In this document: one piece after another, positions 29,826-39,066 of the stretch | Layout: every line of letters starts with the position of its first letter | Numbering within the stretch: position 1 is the stretch's first letter | Made by a program: the position numbers and the translations under genes | Notes under the pieces: model-generated | The model's input: only the letters and a program-made list of their open reading frames with translations | The model's database searches: none | What the model was told of the DNA's origin: nothing | Assembly (NCBI GenBank): GCA_964291415.2 | Contig: OZ219920.1 | Location: 1,312,001 to 1,376,000, forward strand | DNA length: 64,000 bases | Direction: 5' to 3' | Source: Alphaproteobacteria bacterium | Lineage (GTDB): Bacteria; Pseudomonadota; Alphaproteobacteria; SP197

Positions 29826-30090
29826 GTTGAAATTTCGCCAGACGACATGTGTGGTCGGGTAGGCACTGGCGCGAGCGTGCGCGGGTGGAGGCCTGTTTGG
29901 TCCTGCTCTTTCGATTGCAGGTGGATTCACAGTCCCACGATGGACCACATTTCGGGCAGCCGAGAAGGTGTCCAGTTCGTGCACGCCAGCCTCCGCCGTA
30001 CGGTCAAGCGCGGCCGTCCGCCTGTTGAGCAGGAGAGTGCGGCACGAGCCGTGCTCGAACAGGCCGAACTGCTGTCCGACGGCTGGGCGT
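29826..30090 (+). pseudogene. Fused relics of HsdS N-terminus and HsdR C-terminus
   Basis: In frame past the MNT TAG: 'VEISPDDMCGRVGTGASVRG' (HsdS-like); later 'LRRTVKR..PP..QE.A...VLEQAELLSDGWA' (HsdR C-terminus-like). Confidence 0.68.
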
Positions 30091-30150
30091 CAGTCCTTCT
30101 TGCGACCCGCCTGTCACTCCCGAAGATGCGGCAAATGGAGAGTCCGGCCG

Positions 30151-31269
30151 TCAGGCGAGCAGGGCCGCCTTGCAATCTTTCCACGCCATGGCGTTGATGT
30201 GCTGTGCCGGTGCCTCACGCCCGGCGACATAGCGGTTGTGGTGCTGACGGGCACACTTGAGATTCTCGTACTGCACCGCCGTCATCTCGTTGTCCTCGCG
30301 ATAGGTGTCATCCCAGATCCTGAACCAGCCTTCGAGCCGTTCCTCGTCTGCTCCCCTGCGCGCCATGTAGAAGGCGGTGTGCCGCGTCAGGCCGGGTTCC
30401 AGCGGCGTCATGCCGGTCATGTGCATGAACTCATCCTGCGCGATGTAGGTCATGCCGGGAAAAAGCTGGAACGAGATATAGCTGTTCGCCATCAGGTCGT
30501 TGGCCGACCTTTCTGTCGGGCCCGTGAACGTGTACGACGTGAAGCCCTCGCCCAGGCGCATGTCGGTCAGACCGGGGTCCACGTTGAAGGCCTTGCCGAA
30601 GGATTCCGAGTGGATGTTGGGACAGTGGTAGCACTCGGTACCGTTGTCGTACCACAGCTTCCAATTGGTGGGGATGTCGTAGACGACCTCCCTGTAGGGG
30701 ATCCAGTCGTCCGTATCGATGTCGAATCCGGTCTCGCGGGCCGTGCGGAACATCTCCGGGTAGGTATCGCGCAGGGGTGCCGCATCGGGGTCGGGATGGA
30801 CCAGCACCATGGCGCCCCACTCGTCGACTGCCACCCGTCTGAGACCAAGGTCTGCAGAACAGAACCCGGCCTCTCCGGCGGCATCAGGCGCATGAGCCAA
30901 CGAACCATCGAGGTTGTAGGACCACCCGTGGTACCGGCAGACGAGGCGCACGCAGGAACGCTTGTCCCTCTCGACGACGGTGTAGCCGCGATGCCGGCAG
31001 ACATTGAGAAATCCGTTGAGGCGCCCGTCACGGCCGCGCACGACGACGACAGGATAGCGTCCAACCTGTCTCACCGCCGCATCTCCCGGATTCTTCACCT
31101 TGTGGAGCGGGCAGAAGAACTGCCAGCGCCGCGCAAAGATCGCTTCGAGCTCGAGACTGAAGATGTCCGGATCCGAGTAGAATCGGGTGGGCAGACTCCA
31201 GTTCTCCGCAAGTCTGCGGTCAATCTCCTCGATATCGATGCCCAGTGCAGCTGCTGAATGCGATGTCAT
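30151..31269 (-). CDS. Rieske non-heme iron oxygenase alpha subunit (choline/carnitine monooxygenase-like)
   Basis: 'NVCRHRG...CRYHGW', 'ECYHCPNIH', 'ED'. Confidence 0.9.
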   Translation of the reverse strand: MTSHSAAALGIDIEEIDRRLAENWSLPTRFYSDPDIFSLELEAIFARRWQFFCPLHKVKNPGDAAVRQVGRYPVVVVRGRDGRLNGFLNVCRHRGYTVVERDKRSCVRLVCRYHGWSYNLDGSLAHAPDAAGEAGFCSADLGLRRVAVDEWGAMVLVHPDPDAAPLRDTYPEMFRTARETGFDIDTDDWIPYREVVYDIPTNWKLWYDNGTECYHCPNIHSESFGKAFNVDPGLTDMRLGEGFTSYTFTGPTERSANDLMANSYISFQLFPGMTYIAQDEFMHMTGMTPLEPGLTRHTAFYMARRGADEERLEGWFRIWDDTYREDNEMTAVQYENLKCARQHHNRYVAGREAPAQHINAMAWKDCKAALLA

Positions 31270-31280
31270 CAGGACCTCCG

Positions 31281-32264
31281 CTACAGGTCGAGGTTCTTGT
31301 CGTCGCCATGAGCCTGGCGATAACGCAGCGCCGCATACTCACCATAGGTGATGGGCGGGTACTTCGGCTGACACCCCGCCTGGCGAAACGGTTCCAGGCA
31401 CTCGATGGTGGTATCACGCGGCAGATTGTGGAAGTAGGCGATCGACTGGCGGCGCGTGGGCCTTGTCGAGTCACGCGGCGGGTTGACCACTCGGTGCCGG
31501 GTCGACACCCAGTGATCATCGGTCCAGCGCATCATCGCGTCCCCGATGTTGACCACGAATGTGCCGGCCACGTGGGGGACGGCACACCAGGAACCGTCCC
31601 GTTTGAGGACTTCAAGACCGCCCGGCGCATCATCCGTCGCGAGAATTGTCAGGACGCCATAGTCCGAGTGGGCGCCGGCCCGCAACTGGCCCGGACGTGG
31701 CGGGCAGGTCTGCTCCGGATAGTTGATGACCCTCAATGACGACAGATGCCCCTCAAAAAGCTCGTCGAAACTGTCGGCGTCAAGATCGAGGGCCCTGGCG
31801 AAAACATGGCGCAATGTCCGCGCCAGATCCGACATCGCCCGGTAATACGCCCGCCACGCCAACTCCAGATCCACCGGCTCGCGAGGCCACGCGTCGCCGT
31901 GGAATCCTGGTCCGAAGTCAAGGGTCTCCTTGAAGTCGCCGATCGATTCCGCACCCAGGGTGGCGCCAAGCGCTTCGGCGCCACGCCCGAAATACATCAA
32001 TCCGCCCGGGACGGGTCCGCTCTCGCCAACCCGCCTCTTCTGCTCCAACGGGAGATCGAAGAACTCGCGCGATGCCGCGCCGATGCGGTCGAGGAGCGCC
32101 CAGGAGAAACCGTGACCGGAAATCAGGAAGAACCCGGTATCCTCGCACGCCGCACGAACCCTCGCTGCAACGAGGTCGCGAGCCTCCTCATCGCGCTCAC
32201 CGAAAGGCCCGATGTCGATCACCGGTATGGCGCCGTTCGCCGGGGGGTGTCTGCTATACTGCAT
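31281..32264 (-). CDS. Isopenicillin N synthase-family Fe(II)/2OG oxygenase
   Basis: 'IPVIDI', 'HSDYGVLTIL', 'HRVV', 'RQS'. Confidence 0.9.
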   Translation of the reverse strand: MQYSRHPPANGAIPVIDIGPFGERDEEARDLVAARVRAACEDTGFFLISGHGFSWALLDRIGAASREFFDLPLEQKRRVGESGPVPGGLMYFGRGAEALGATLGAESIGDFKETLDFGPGFHGDAWPREPVDLELAWRAYYRAMSDLARTLRHVFARALDLDADSFDELFEGHLSSLRVINYPEQTCPPRPGQLRAGAHSDYGVLTILATDDAPGGLEVLKRDGSWCAVPHVAGTFVVNIGDAMMRWTDDHWVSTRHRVVNPPRDSTRPTRRQSIAYFHNLPRDTTIECLEPFRQAGCQPKYPPITYGEYAALRYRQAHGDDKNLDL

Positions 32265-32333
32265 GGCTCAATCCCGCATCGCGTCACCATGCCATGATCG
32301 GGAACAACCGGAAAGCGGGAGTCCGCGTCTCAC

Positions 32334-33074
32334 ATGAAGGAAAGAAGGGACAACGGCAGGCCACTTGTCCTGTTTTCCGCCTCGAGGGAGCGTACCTGTT
32401 CCTACCTGCCGGACCGTGAGGAGCAGATGGTGCTGACCGACCTCAAGGCGTCGGACGAGCCGGCACGGCTCCACGACGTTCTGAGCCAGGCCGGGTTCCG
32501 ACGTTCCCACCAGGTGGCCTACCGGCCCGCGTGTGTCGGTTGCGATGCCTGCGTTCCGGTCAGGATACCGGTGACGGACTACCGGGCGTCGCGCAGCCAC
32601 CGCCGCATCCTGCGCCGCAACCGGGATCTCGAGGTCAACGTTGCCGCGCCGGAGGCCACGCCGGAACACCATGCGCTTTTCCGTCGCTACATCGAGGCGC
32701 GCCATCAGGGTGGTGGCATGTCGATGATGGACTACGGCGACTTCAGGGAGATGGTCTGTGACACGCCTGTCGATACCCGCCTTGTCGAGGCCCGCACCTC
32801 CGACGGTACCCTCGTCGCCGTCTCGCTCACCGACTGGATGGAGAACGGGCTTTCCGGAGTCTACAAGTTCTACGATCCGCAGATGGCGCGCAGGAGCCTC
32901 GGCACCTGGCTCATTCTCTGGCACATCGCCCACGCGCTGGAATCAGGCCGCGACCATGTCTATCTGGGCTACTGGATCGCGGACAGCGAAACGATGTCCT
33001 ACAAGGGCAACTTCCGGCCGCTGCAGGCCCTGACCGACGACGGCTGGATCAATCTCCCGCCAAGATCCGGCTGA
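32334..33074 (+). CDS. bpt: Aspartate/glutamate leucyltransferase (Bpt; bacterial ATE-like)
   Basis: 'CSYLPDR', 'GFRRS...YRPAC..C..C', 'RHQGGGM', 'SLGT', 'YLGYWI....M.YK..FRP'. Confidence 0.88.
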   Translation: MKERRDNGRPLVLFSASRERTCSYLPDREEQMVLTDLKASDEPARLHDVLSQAGFRRSHQVAYRPACVGCDACVPVRIPVTDYRASRSHRRILRRNRDLEVNVAAPEATPEHHALFRRYIEARHQGGGMSMMDYGDFREMVCDTPVDTRLVEARTSDGTLVAVSLTDWMENGLSGVYKFYDPQMARRSLGTWLILWHIAHALESGRDHVYLGYWIADSETMSYKGNFRPLQALTDDGWINLPPRSG

Positions 33075-33169
33075 ATGGCTGACGGGCGAAGGCAAGCACC
33101 GAGGACTCTGCCGCGATGACGCGACGCTGTCGACGGCCGTGCAACCGGAGGGACATGAAGCTGAGCTGA

Positions 33170-35524
33170 TCAGTGCTCCGGCAGGAGTTCCGGGAGGAAC
33201 GTGGTGATGTCGGGGATGAGCCACATCAGTGTGAGCGCGATCAACTGGATGATGACGAAAGGCACCACGCCCCTGTAGATCTGGCCCGTGGTAATGCCCG
33301 GCGGCGCCACGCCGCGCAGGTAGAAGAGCGCAAAGCCGAAGGGCGGTGTCAGGAAGGAGGTCTGCAGGTTGACGGCGATCATGATCGTCACCCACTTGGG
33401 ATCGAGTGTACCGCCGTAGATCACCGGCCCGACAATGGGAATGACGATGTAGATGATCTCCAGGAAATCAAGGACGAATCCCAAAATGAAGAGCACGGCC
33501 ATGACCACCAGGAAAACGACCATCTCGTCGTCGAACGAGCGCAGGAACTCCTGGATGTGCTCTTCTCCGCCATAGGAGATCACCACCAGGTTGAGCATCT
33601 GGGAGCCGATCAGGATGGCGAACACCATCGCCGTCACCTTCGCCGTATCGCGCACCACGGAACCCAGAATCCCGTCGCGATAGAGAATGACGCAGGAGTA
33701 GATCAGCCCCGCGAAGGCAATGTGGTAGGCGACGACGGAAACGATGAAGGCCAGCCAGTTCTCGAAACCGACCACCTCGATCGACGTTCTGAGATCGAAA
33801 CTGGTGCCGACGAGCAGGAACACCACCACGGCCCACGCCGACATGATGATGAATTTGCCCTTGCGGCGGTCCTTGCGCTCGGAGAGGCGACGGTAGGCCG
33901 ACAGCATCAGCGCTCCCGACGCGCCGAGGCCGGCAGCGGCGGTCGGGCTCGTCACGCCACCAAGTATGGAACCGAGCACGGCAACGATGAGAACGAGAGG
34001 CGGGAAGACGACGCGCAGGACTTCGACCTCGGCAAGGCGTGGCAGCGCATGGCGCACGCCATAGAGCACGGCAACGACCGGCAGCGCGAGGATGAGCCAG
34101 GCGGTGCCGGTGCTCATCACCGGTGTCACGAGCCAGGCATCCGCCGCCAGCGTGGCGGCAATCCCGCCGGCGCCAACGAGAAGGGGCCGGCGGGACGCGG
34201 ATGGCGCGACACCCCACGCGATCGACATGACCAGCCCCAGGATGACGAGGCCGATCAAGAGTTTCTCGGACACCGGGGGCAGGAAGGCGATCGCTTCGGC
34301 CTCGAGAACATCGAGCTCCTCGTCCGTCGGCGTCACGAATTCAGCCGCCGCGCCGGATCCCGCCACGACCACCGACCGGTCCCACTTTTCCTGCCCGTGG
34401 AGCTCGATCATTGATTTCTTGCAATCGTCGGTAACGTTGGTGCGCAGCTCCGGTGATTCGGGCCGCTCGACGAGAGCCAGCCGGTCAACCGTTTGCGGGC
34501 CGGCAATGCCGGCGGTCACCATTCCTCCTGCCAGGGCAATCACCAGACCCGGGACGGCGAGGAACCAGAAGAGACGATGGTTGAGAGTGGCACCCTCATC
34601 CGCCAGGCTGGCGGCGGTGACGCGCACGGGAGGCGCCTTCGAGGGGCGCACCAAGGCATAGCAGAACACATAGGCGGCGTAGATGAACGCCAGAAGCAGA
34701 CCGGGAATGATTGCCGCCTTGAAGAGAGTGCCCACGGAGACCACGGCCGCTTCGCCGAGATATGTGAGAGCATCTCGGCACCCCGCTGTCACCGCACGTT
34801 CCTCCTGGGCGGTCGAGTAGAGGTCGCCGGCGAGGGTTCCGAGGAGAACGATCACGATCGATGGCGGGATAATCTGCCCCAGGGTACCCGAGGCCGATAT
34901 CACTCCGGTCGCCAGCTCGGGTGAGTACCGGTTGCGCAGCATGGTGGGCAGGGACAGCAGCCCCATGGTGACGACGGTGGCGCCGACTATACCGGTCGAA
35001 GCGGCGAGAAAGGCGCCCACCACCACCACCGAGACAGCCAGGCCACCGGGGAGAGCGCCGAAGACGCGGGCCATGGAGGTCAACAGGTCCTGGGCGATCC
35101 GGGAGCGCTCCAGGGAGATGCCCATGAGAATGAACATGGCGACAGCCAGGAGCAGTTCGATGGAGGGGCCCGCGAGCACGCGTTCATTCATCCGGTTGAC
35201 GATGAAGGTCAGGATGCGAAAGAAGGCGCCATCCACACCCTTCTCGAAGACCGGAACGGTCAATGTCGGCAGGTCGGGATAACGAAAGAGGGTGATCGCG
35301 TGTTCTTTCACGCCCGAGCCGATCAGTGCCGCATAGTCGTCGCTGCGGCTGTCGATGACTTCCTTGACCAGCAGGCCGGATTCACTCAGGCCGGCAATGA
35401 TGGCAAAGGCGACGAGGGCCGACCCGCCGATGGCGAAGGCCACGGGATACCCGGAGAGGATACCGGCAAAGAGGCACACCAGGGTAATGAGAAGTCCGAC
35501 CTCGACACCATCGAATCCGAACAT
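33170..35524 (-). CDS. TRAP transporter large permease (DctM), long form
   Basis: 'AASTGIVGATVV', 'SGTLGQIIPPS', 'QTSFLTPPFGFALFYL'. Confidence 0.92.
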   Translation of the reverse strand: MFGFDGVEVGLLITLVCLFAGILSGYPVAFAIGGSALVAFAIIAGLSESGLLVKEVIDSRSDDYAALIGSGVKEHAITLFRYPDLPTLTVPVFEKGVDGAFFRILTFIVNRMNERVLAGPSIELLLAVAMFILMGISLERSRIAQDLLTSMARVFGALPGGLAVSVVVVGAFLAASTGIVGATVVTMGLLSLPTMLRNRYSPELATGVISASGTLGQIIPPSIVIVLLGTLAGDLYSTAQEERAVTAGCRDALTYLGEAAVVSVGTLFKAAIIPGLLLAFIYAAYVFCYALVRPSKAPPVRVTAASLADEGATLNHRLFWFLAVPGLVIALAGGMVTAGIAGPQTVDRLALVERPESPELRTNVTDDCKKSMIELHGQEKWDRSVVVAGSGAAAEFVTPTDEELDVLEAEAIAFLPPVSEKLLIGLVILGLVMSIAWGVAPSASRRPLLVGAGGIAATLAADAWLVTPVMSTGTAWLILALPVVAVLYGVRHALPRLAEVEVLRVVFPPLVLIVAVLGSILGGVTSPTAAAGLGASGALMLSAYRRLSERKDRRKGKFIIMSAWAVVVFLLVGTSFDLRTSIEVVGFENWLAFIVSVVAYHIAFAGLIYSCVILYRDGILGSVVRDTAKVTAMVFAILIGSQMLNLVVISYGGEEHIQEFLRSFDDEMVVFLVVMAVLFILGFVLDFLEIIYIVIPIVGPVIYGGTLDPKWVTIMIAVNLQTSFLTPPFGFALFYLRGVAPPGITTGQIYRGVVPFVIIQLIALTLMWLIPDITTFLPELLPEH

Positions 35525-36432
35525 CAGGCGCCTGCCCCGGCGCCTTCGGCCGGCTTGTCGGGCACGACGTCCGGTATCGTGTCGAGATCCTTGTAGCGGT
35601 TGGCCGATCCTTCTCCTTCCCTGAACTCCAGAAGGCTGCGGTAGAAGTGCCCAAGTCCCTGGAGGAACATCAGCCCGGCGAATGAAACCAGCAGGACCTT
35701 GAAGAGGAAGTAGGCATCGAAGCCATTCGGCGAGAATCCGATGGTCTCGACATTCCAGCGGAGCAGCTGCGCCTTGCGCTCCAGGAGCTCGAGGGTATCA
35801 ATCGCCGACACCTTCGGCGTGACGAGGTGGCGCCACAGGAAGAACCAGCCGAACAGCCACACCACGCCGCAGAACGGCATCACGAAGAAGACTGAACCGA
35901 ACATGTCCAGCAGCCGCTTCGTGCGGAAGGACACCGAAGCATAGACGAGGTCGACCCGCACATGGCCGCCCTGGACGAACGTGTAGGCCGCGCACAGGGT
36001 TACGATCGCCGCATTGTAGAGCTTGAGTTCCTCGCTGAACCAGCTGAGATCCCTGGTGAACACGACGCCGAACGGGCCAACGGTGATTTCCGACACGAGA
36101 AAGATGCGCTGCAGGGCGATGATCATGATCTGCTGGATGACCATGACGAGAACTGCCCATGCGGCCACGCGGCCGATGACGTTGGAGAGACCCTCGATTC
36201 CACGCACCACGAGCCAGAGGAATCCGGGTTTCAGGAGGCCGATGACGAGGATGATGAGGGCAAGATCGATGATGACGAACAGGAACTCGAGGGAGGCGCC
36301 GAAGTAGACAATCCTGACCAGGCCGATGCCATCGGAAGGGTCAGGCCACGCTCCCGGTTCGATCAACAGGTAAAAGAGATTGGCCAGCCCGTCGAGAAGA
36401 TGGCGCAGGGGCCAGAGAATGGCTTCCGGCAT
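35524..36432 (-). CDS. TRAP transporter small permease (DctQ), long form
   Basis: 'GGHVRVDLVY'; lies between DctP and DctM. Confidence 0.88.
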   Translation of the reverse strand: MPEAILWPLRHLLDGLANLFYLLIEPGAWPDPSDGIGLVRIVYFGASLEFLFVIIDLALIILVIGLLKPGFLWLVVRGIEGLSNVIGRVAAWAVLVMVIQQIMIIALQRIFLVSEITVGPFGVVFTRDLSWFSEELKLYNAAIVTLCAAYTFVQGGHVRVDLVYASVSFRTKRLLDMFGSVFFVMPFCGVVWLFGWFFLWRHLVTPKVSAIDTLELLERKAQLLRWNVETIGFSPNGFDAYFLFKVLLVSFAGLMFLQGLGHFYRSLLEFREGEGSANRYKDLDTIPDVVPDKPAEGAGAGA

Positions 36433-36489
36433 GTGTCGCCCACGGGGACCGGCGCCCGCACCGTGTCACGATGCGGGCGCCCTTGGAAT

Positions 36490-37584
36490 TCAGATACCCA
36501 TGACGCGGTTGCGCTGCTGCGCATAGGCAATGGACGACAGCGCATTCCAGCTCGCCGACTTGACGAGCGAGTCGCGATAGGAGTCGTAGATCGTCTTGAA
36601 CAGAGGATCCCCCATGTTCTCCGCGTAGACCTTCTCGGCGGCCACGCCAAAGGCGTCCCAGACACTGTCGGGGAAGGCGAAAGTCTGGACGCCGGAAGAG
36701 ATCAGCCTCTGCAGGGCGGCCGAGTTGTTGGCGAGGAACTGCGAGAGGTTCCACACGTTGGCCTCGCCTGCCGCGCACTCGATGATCTTCTGTTCAGAGG
36801 CCGAAAGCCCGTCGAAGACCTGCCGGTTGACGGCAAGCGAGAGGCCCGGACCCGGCTCATGGAAGCCGGAGGTATAGTAGATCTTCGTGATCTCGAAGAA
36901 TCCGGCTTTCTCGTCGGCCCACGGGCCGATCCACTCCGTACCATCGATCTCGCCCTTGGAGAGCGCGTTGTAGACCTCGGCTCCGGGAATGTTCTGGACG
37001 GAGGCGCCAAGTTCGCCGAGCGCCTTGCCACCGAGACCGGGCATGCGGAACCGCAGGCCCTCGAAATCATCCGGCCCGTTGATTTCCTTGTGGAACCAGC
37101 CGCCGGCCTGAGATCCGGTGTTTCCGGCAAGGAAAGTCTTCAGGTTGAAGATCGAGGTGAGCTCGTCCTGCAGCTCGCGGCCACCCATGTGGTAGTACCA
37201 GTTGTTCAGTTCCTCGGCCGTCATGCCGAAGGGAACCGATGTGTAGAAGGCGAAAGCCGGATGCTGACCGACGAAATAGTAGTCGGCGGCATGGTAGATG
37301 TCGGCCTGTCCGGACGACACCGCATCGAAACACTCGAAGGCGCCAACGAGTTCGCCTGCCGCCTTGAAGTCGATTTCGATCATGCCGTCGGACATGGCGG
37401 TAATGTTGTCCGCACAGCGCTGGGCGGCGTCATGGACGCCGGCGAGGCCGCGACCCCACGACGTCACCATGGTCAGGGTCTTGCGGCCCTGTGATATCGC
37501 CGGTGTCGGAAATGCTGTGGCCACAGTGCCAGCGGCGCCTGCCGCCGCGATACCGGTGCCAGCCAGGAATCTGCGTCTGTTCAT
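36490..37584 (-). CDS. TRAP substrate-binding protein (DctP, TakP-like) with Tat signal
   Basis: 'MNRRRFL', 'GNTGSQAGGWF', 'RMPGLGG', 'EWIGP'. Confidence 0.92.
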   Translation of the reverse strand: MNRRRFLAGTGIAAAGAAGTVATAFPTPAISQGRKTLTMVTSWGRGLAGVHDAAQRCADNITAMSDGMIEIDFKAAGELVGAFECFDAVSSGQADIYHAADYYFVGQHPAFAFYTSVPFGMTAEELNNWYYHMGGRELQDELTSIFNLKTFLAGNTGSQAGGWFHKEINGPDDFEGLRFRMPGLGGKALGELGASVQNIPGAEVYNALSKGEIDGTEWIGPWADEKAGFFEITKIYYTSGFHEPGPGLSLAVNRQVFDGLSASEQKIIECAAGEANVWNLSQFLANNSAALQRLISSGVQTFAFPDSVWDAFGVAAEKVYAENMGDPLFKTIYDSYRDSLVKSASWNALSSIAYAQQRNRVMGI

Positions 37585-37726
37585 GGTACTCCTTCTCCCA
37601 GTTCTTCAGGGTTCCACATGACATGTTAGCCGTACCCGTATGGAGGGACAGCACTTGCTTTCCTGAAACATCATTATGCATACCGACGAGGCACATGCAC
37701 GATCAGTCTGCAACCGCGCCCATCCT

Positions 37727-38410
37727 TCAGGACAAGGTATCAACCGCCTCGAGATAGGAGTCGTAGAGGTCGACGTTGACGAGGTCCGATGCGGCTGCGT
37801 CCGCACCCCACAACTCGCGAGCCCTGAATGTCACCGTGTAGCAGTGTTCCGGACACTCGCCGAGGTCACGGGCATGAGTATCGGGATACACGAAGACACC
37901 GTGGTCGCTGACGATCTCGCCGATGCGCCCCCTCGTGTAGCGCGGTGCGCGGGTATGATGCCAAGGGTGTTCATTGAGGACCCGCACCCGGTCGCCGGGG
38001 CGAAATCGCGCCGGTGTTCCGGTACCGTCGCGCCGCGTCGATGCTCCTTTCGCCACGGCTTCCTCGATGTCGTCGAGAGTGGTACCCCGGCCACCACGGG
38101 GACGCTCGGGCACAGCCATGTTCGTCACGCAGGCCTCGACTTCGGCCGGTGACAGGAGGCCACGTTCCTCGAGAAAGGACTCCAGCGCGCGCGTCCATCG
38201 CTCGTAGTAACTCGCCTCGAGGTAGGCGAGAGGCGGAATGCGTTCGATGTGGGCGCGCAGGTGATCGTCCGAGAATCCGACCCGTCCCGACACCTGCAGG
38301 AGGATTCCGAAGGCCACCCTTTCCCAGTCGTCGTGGAACAGGGGTTCGTCCGCCTCGCGCGCGATGGCGCCAAAACCCATCATGCCGCCCATGTCGTGAA
38401 TGCCATCCAT
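37727..38410 (-). CDS. nthB: Nitrile hydratase beta subunit
   Basis: 'MDGIHDMGG', 'YYERW', 'HTRAPRYTRG', 'YTVTF...ELWG', 'YLE'. Confidence 0.93.
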   Translation of the reverse strand: MDGIHDMGGMMGFGAIAREADEPLFHDDWERVAFGILLQVSGRVGFSDDHLRAHIERIPPLAYLEASYYERWTRALESFLEERGLLSPAEVEACVTNMAVPERPRGGRGTTLDDIEEAVAKGASTRRDGTGTPARFRPGDRVRVLNEHPWHHTRAPRYTRGRIGEIVSDHGVFVYPDTHARDLGECPEHCYTVTFRARELWGADAAASDLVNVDLYDSYLEAVDTLS

Positions 38411-38420
38411 GATGCCCTCG

Positions 38421-39008
38421 TCACACCATGGCCACGCCGATCATGCCGTCTCGTGTCACGAGACCGGCAAGTTCCTCACGGGTGAGTTCGTCGCTGCCAG
38501 CGGGGCGCTGCGGCAGGACCATGTAGCGCAGGTCCGCACTCGAGTCCCAGACGCGGATCTCGACATCGTCCGCCACGTCACATCCCATCTCGGCGAGCAC
38601 GGCTCGCGGCTCACGCACGACGCGTGCCCGGTAGGGCTCACTCTTGTACCAGCGCGGCGGCAGTCCGAGCACGGGCCACGGGTAACAGGAACACAGGGTG
38701 CAGACGACCACGTTGTGGACACCCGGCGTGTTCTCCACAACCACCATGTTCTCACCCTGCATGCCCGATATGCCGAGCCCCGCCATGGCTCCCGAAGCGT
38801 TGGTGAGGAGGCGTTCACGAAAAGCGGCGTCACTCCATGCCTCGGCCACCACCCTGGCGCCATGGTGCGGCCCGACCCTGGTCTCGTAGAGTTCCACGAG
38901 ACGATCAATGGTGTCGGGATCGCAATAGCCCTTGTCCGTCAGAAGCTGCTCGAGGGCGGCGACGCGCAGGGCCATGGCCGAAGGGGGCTGATGATGGTGC
39001 TGCGACAT
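38421..39008 (-). CDS. nthA: Nitrile hydratase alpha subunit, cobalt type
   Basis: '[10 protein letters not shown]', 'WYKS..YRAR.VREPR', 'VWDSSA..RY.VLP.RP'. Confidence 0.94.
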   Translation of the reverse strand: MSQHHHQPPSAMALRVAALEQLLTDKGYCDPDTIDRLVELYETRVGPHHGARVVAEAWSDAAFRERLLTNASGAMAGLGISGMQGENMVVVENTPGVHNVVVCTLCSCYPWPVLGLPPRWYKSEPYRARVVREPRAVLAEMGCDVADDVEIRVWDSSADLRYMVLPQRPAGSDELTREELAGLVTRDGMIGVAMV

Positions 39009-39066
39009 CTCCCTCGCCGGGGCAGGTTCACTCCCGTTCGAGTATTCCCGCCCCGGCCGCCCGGCG

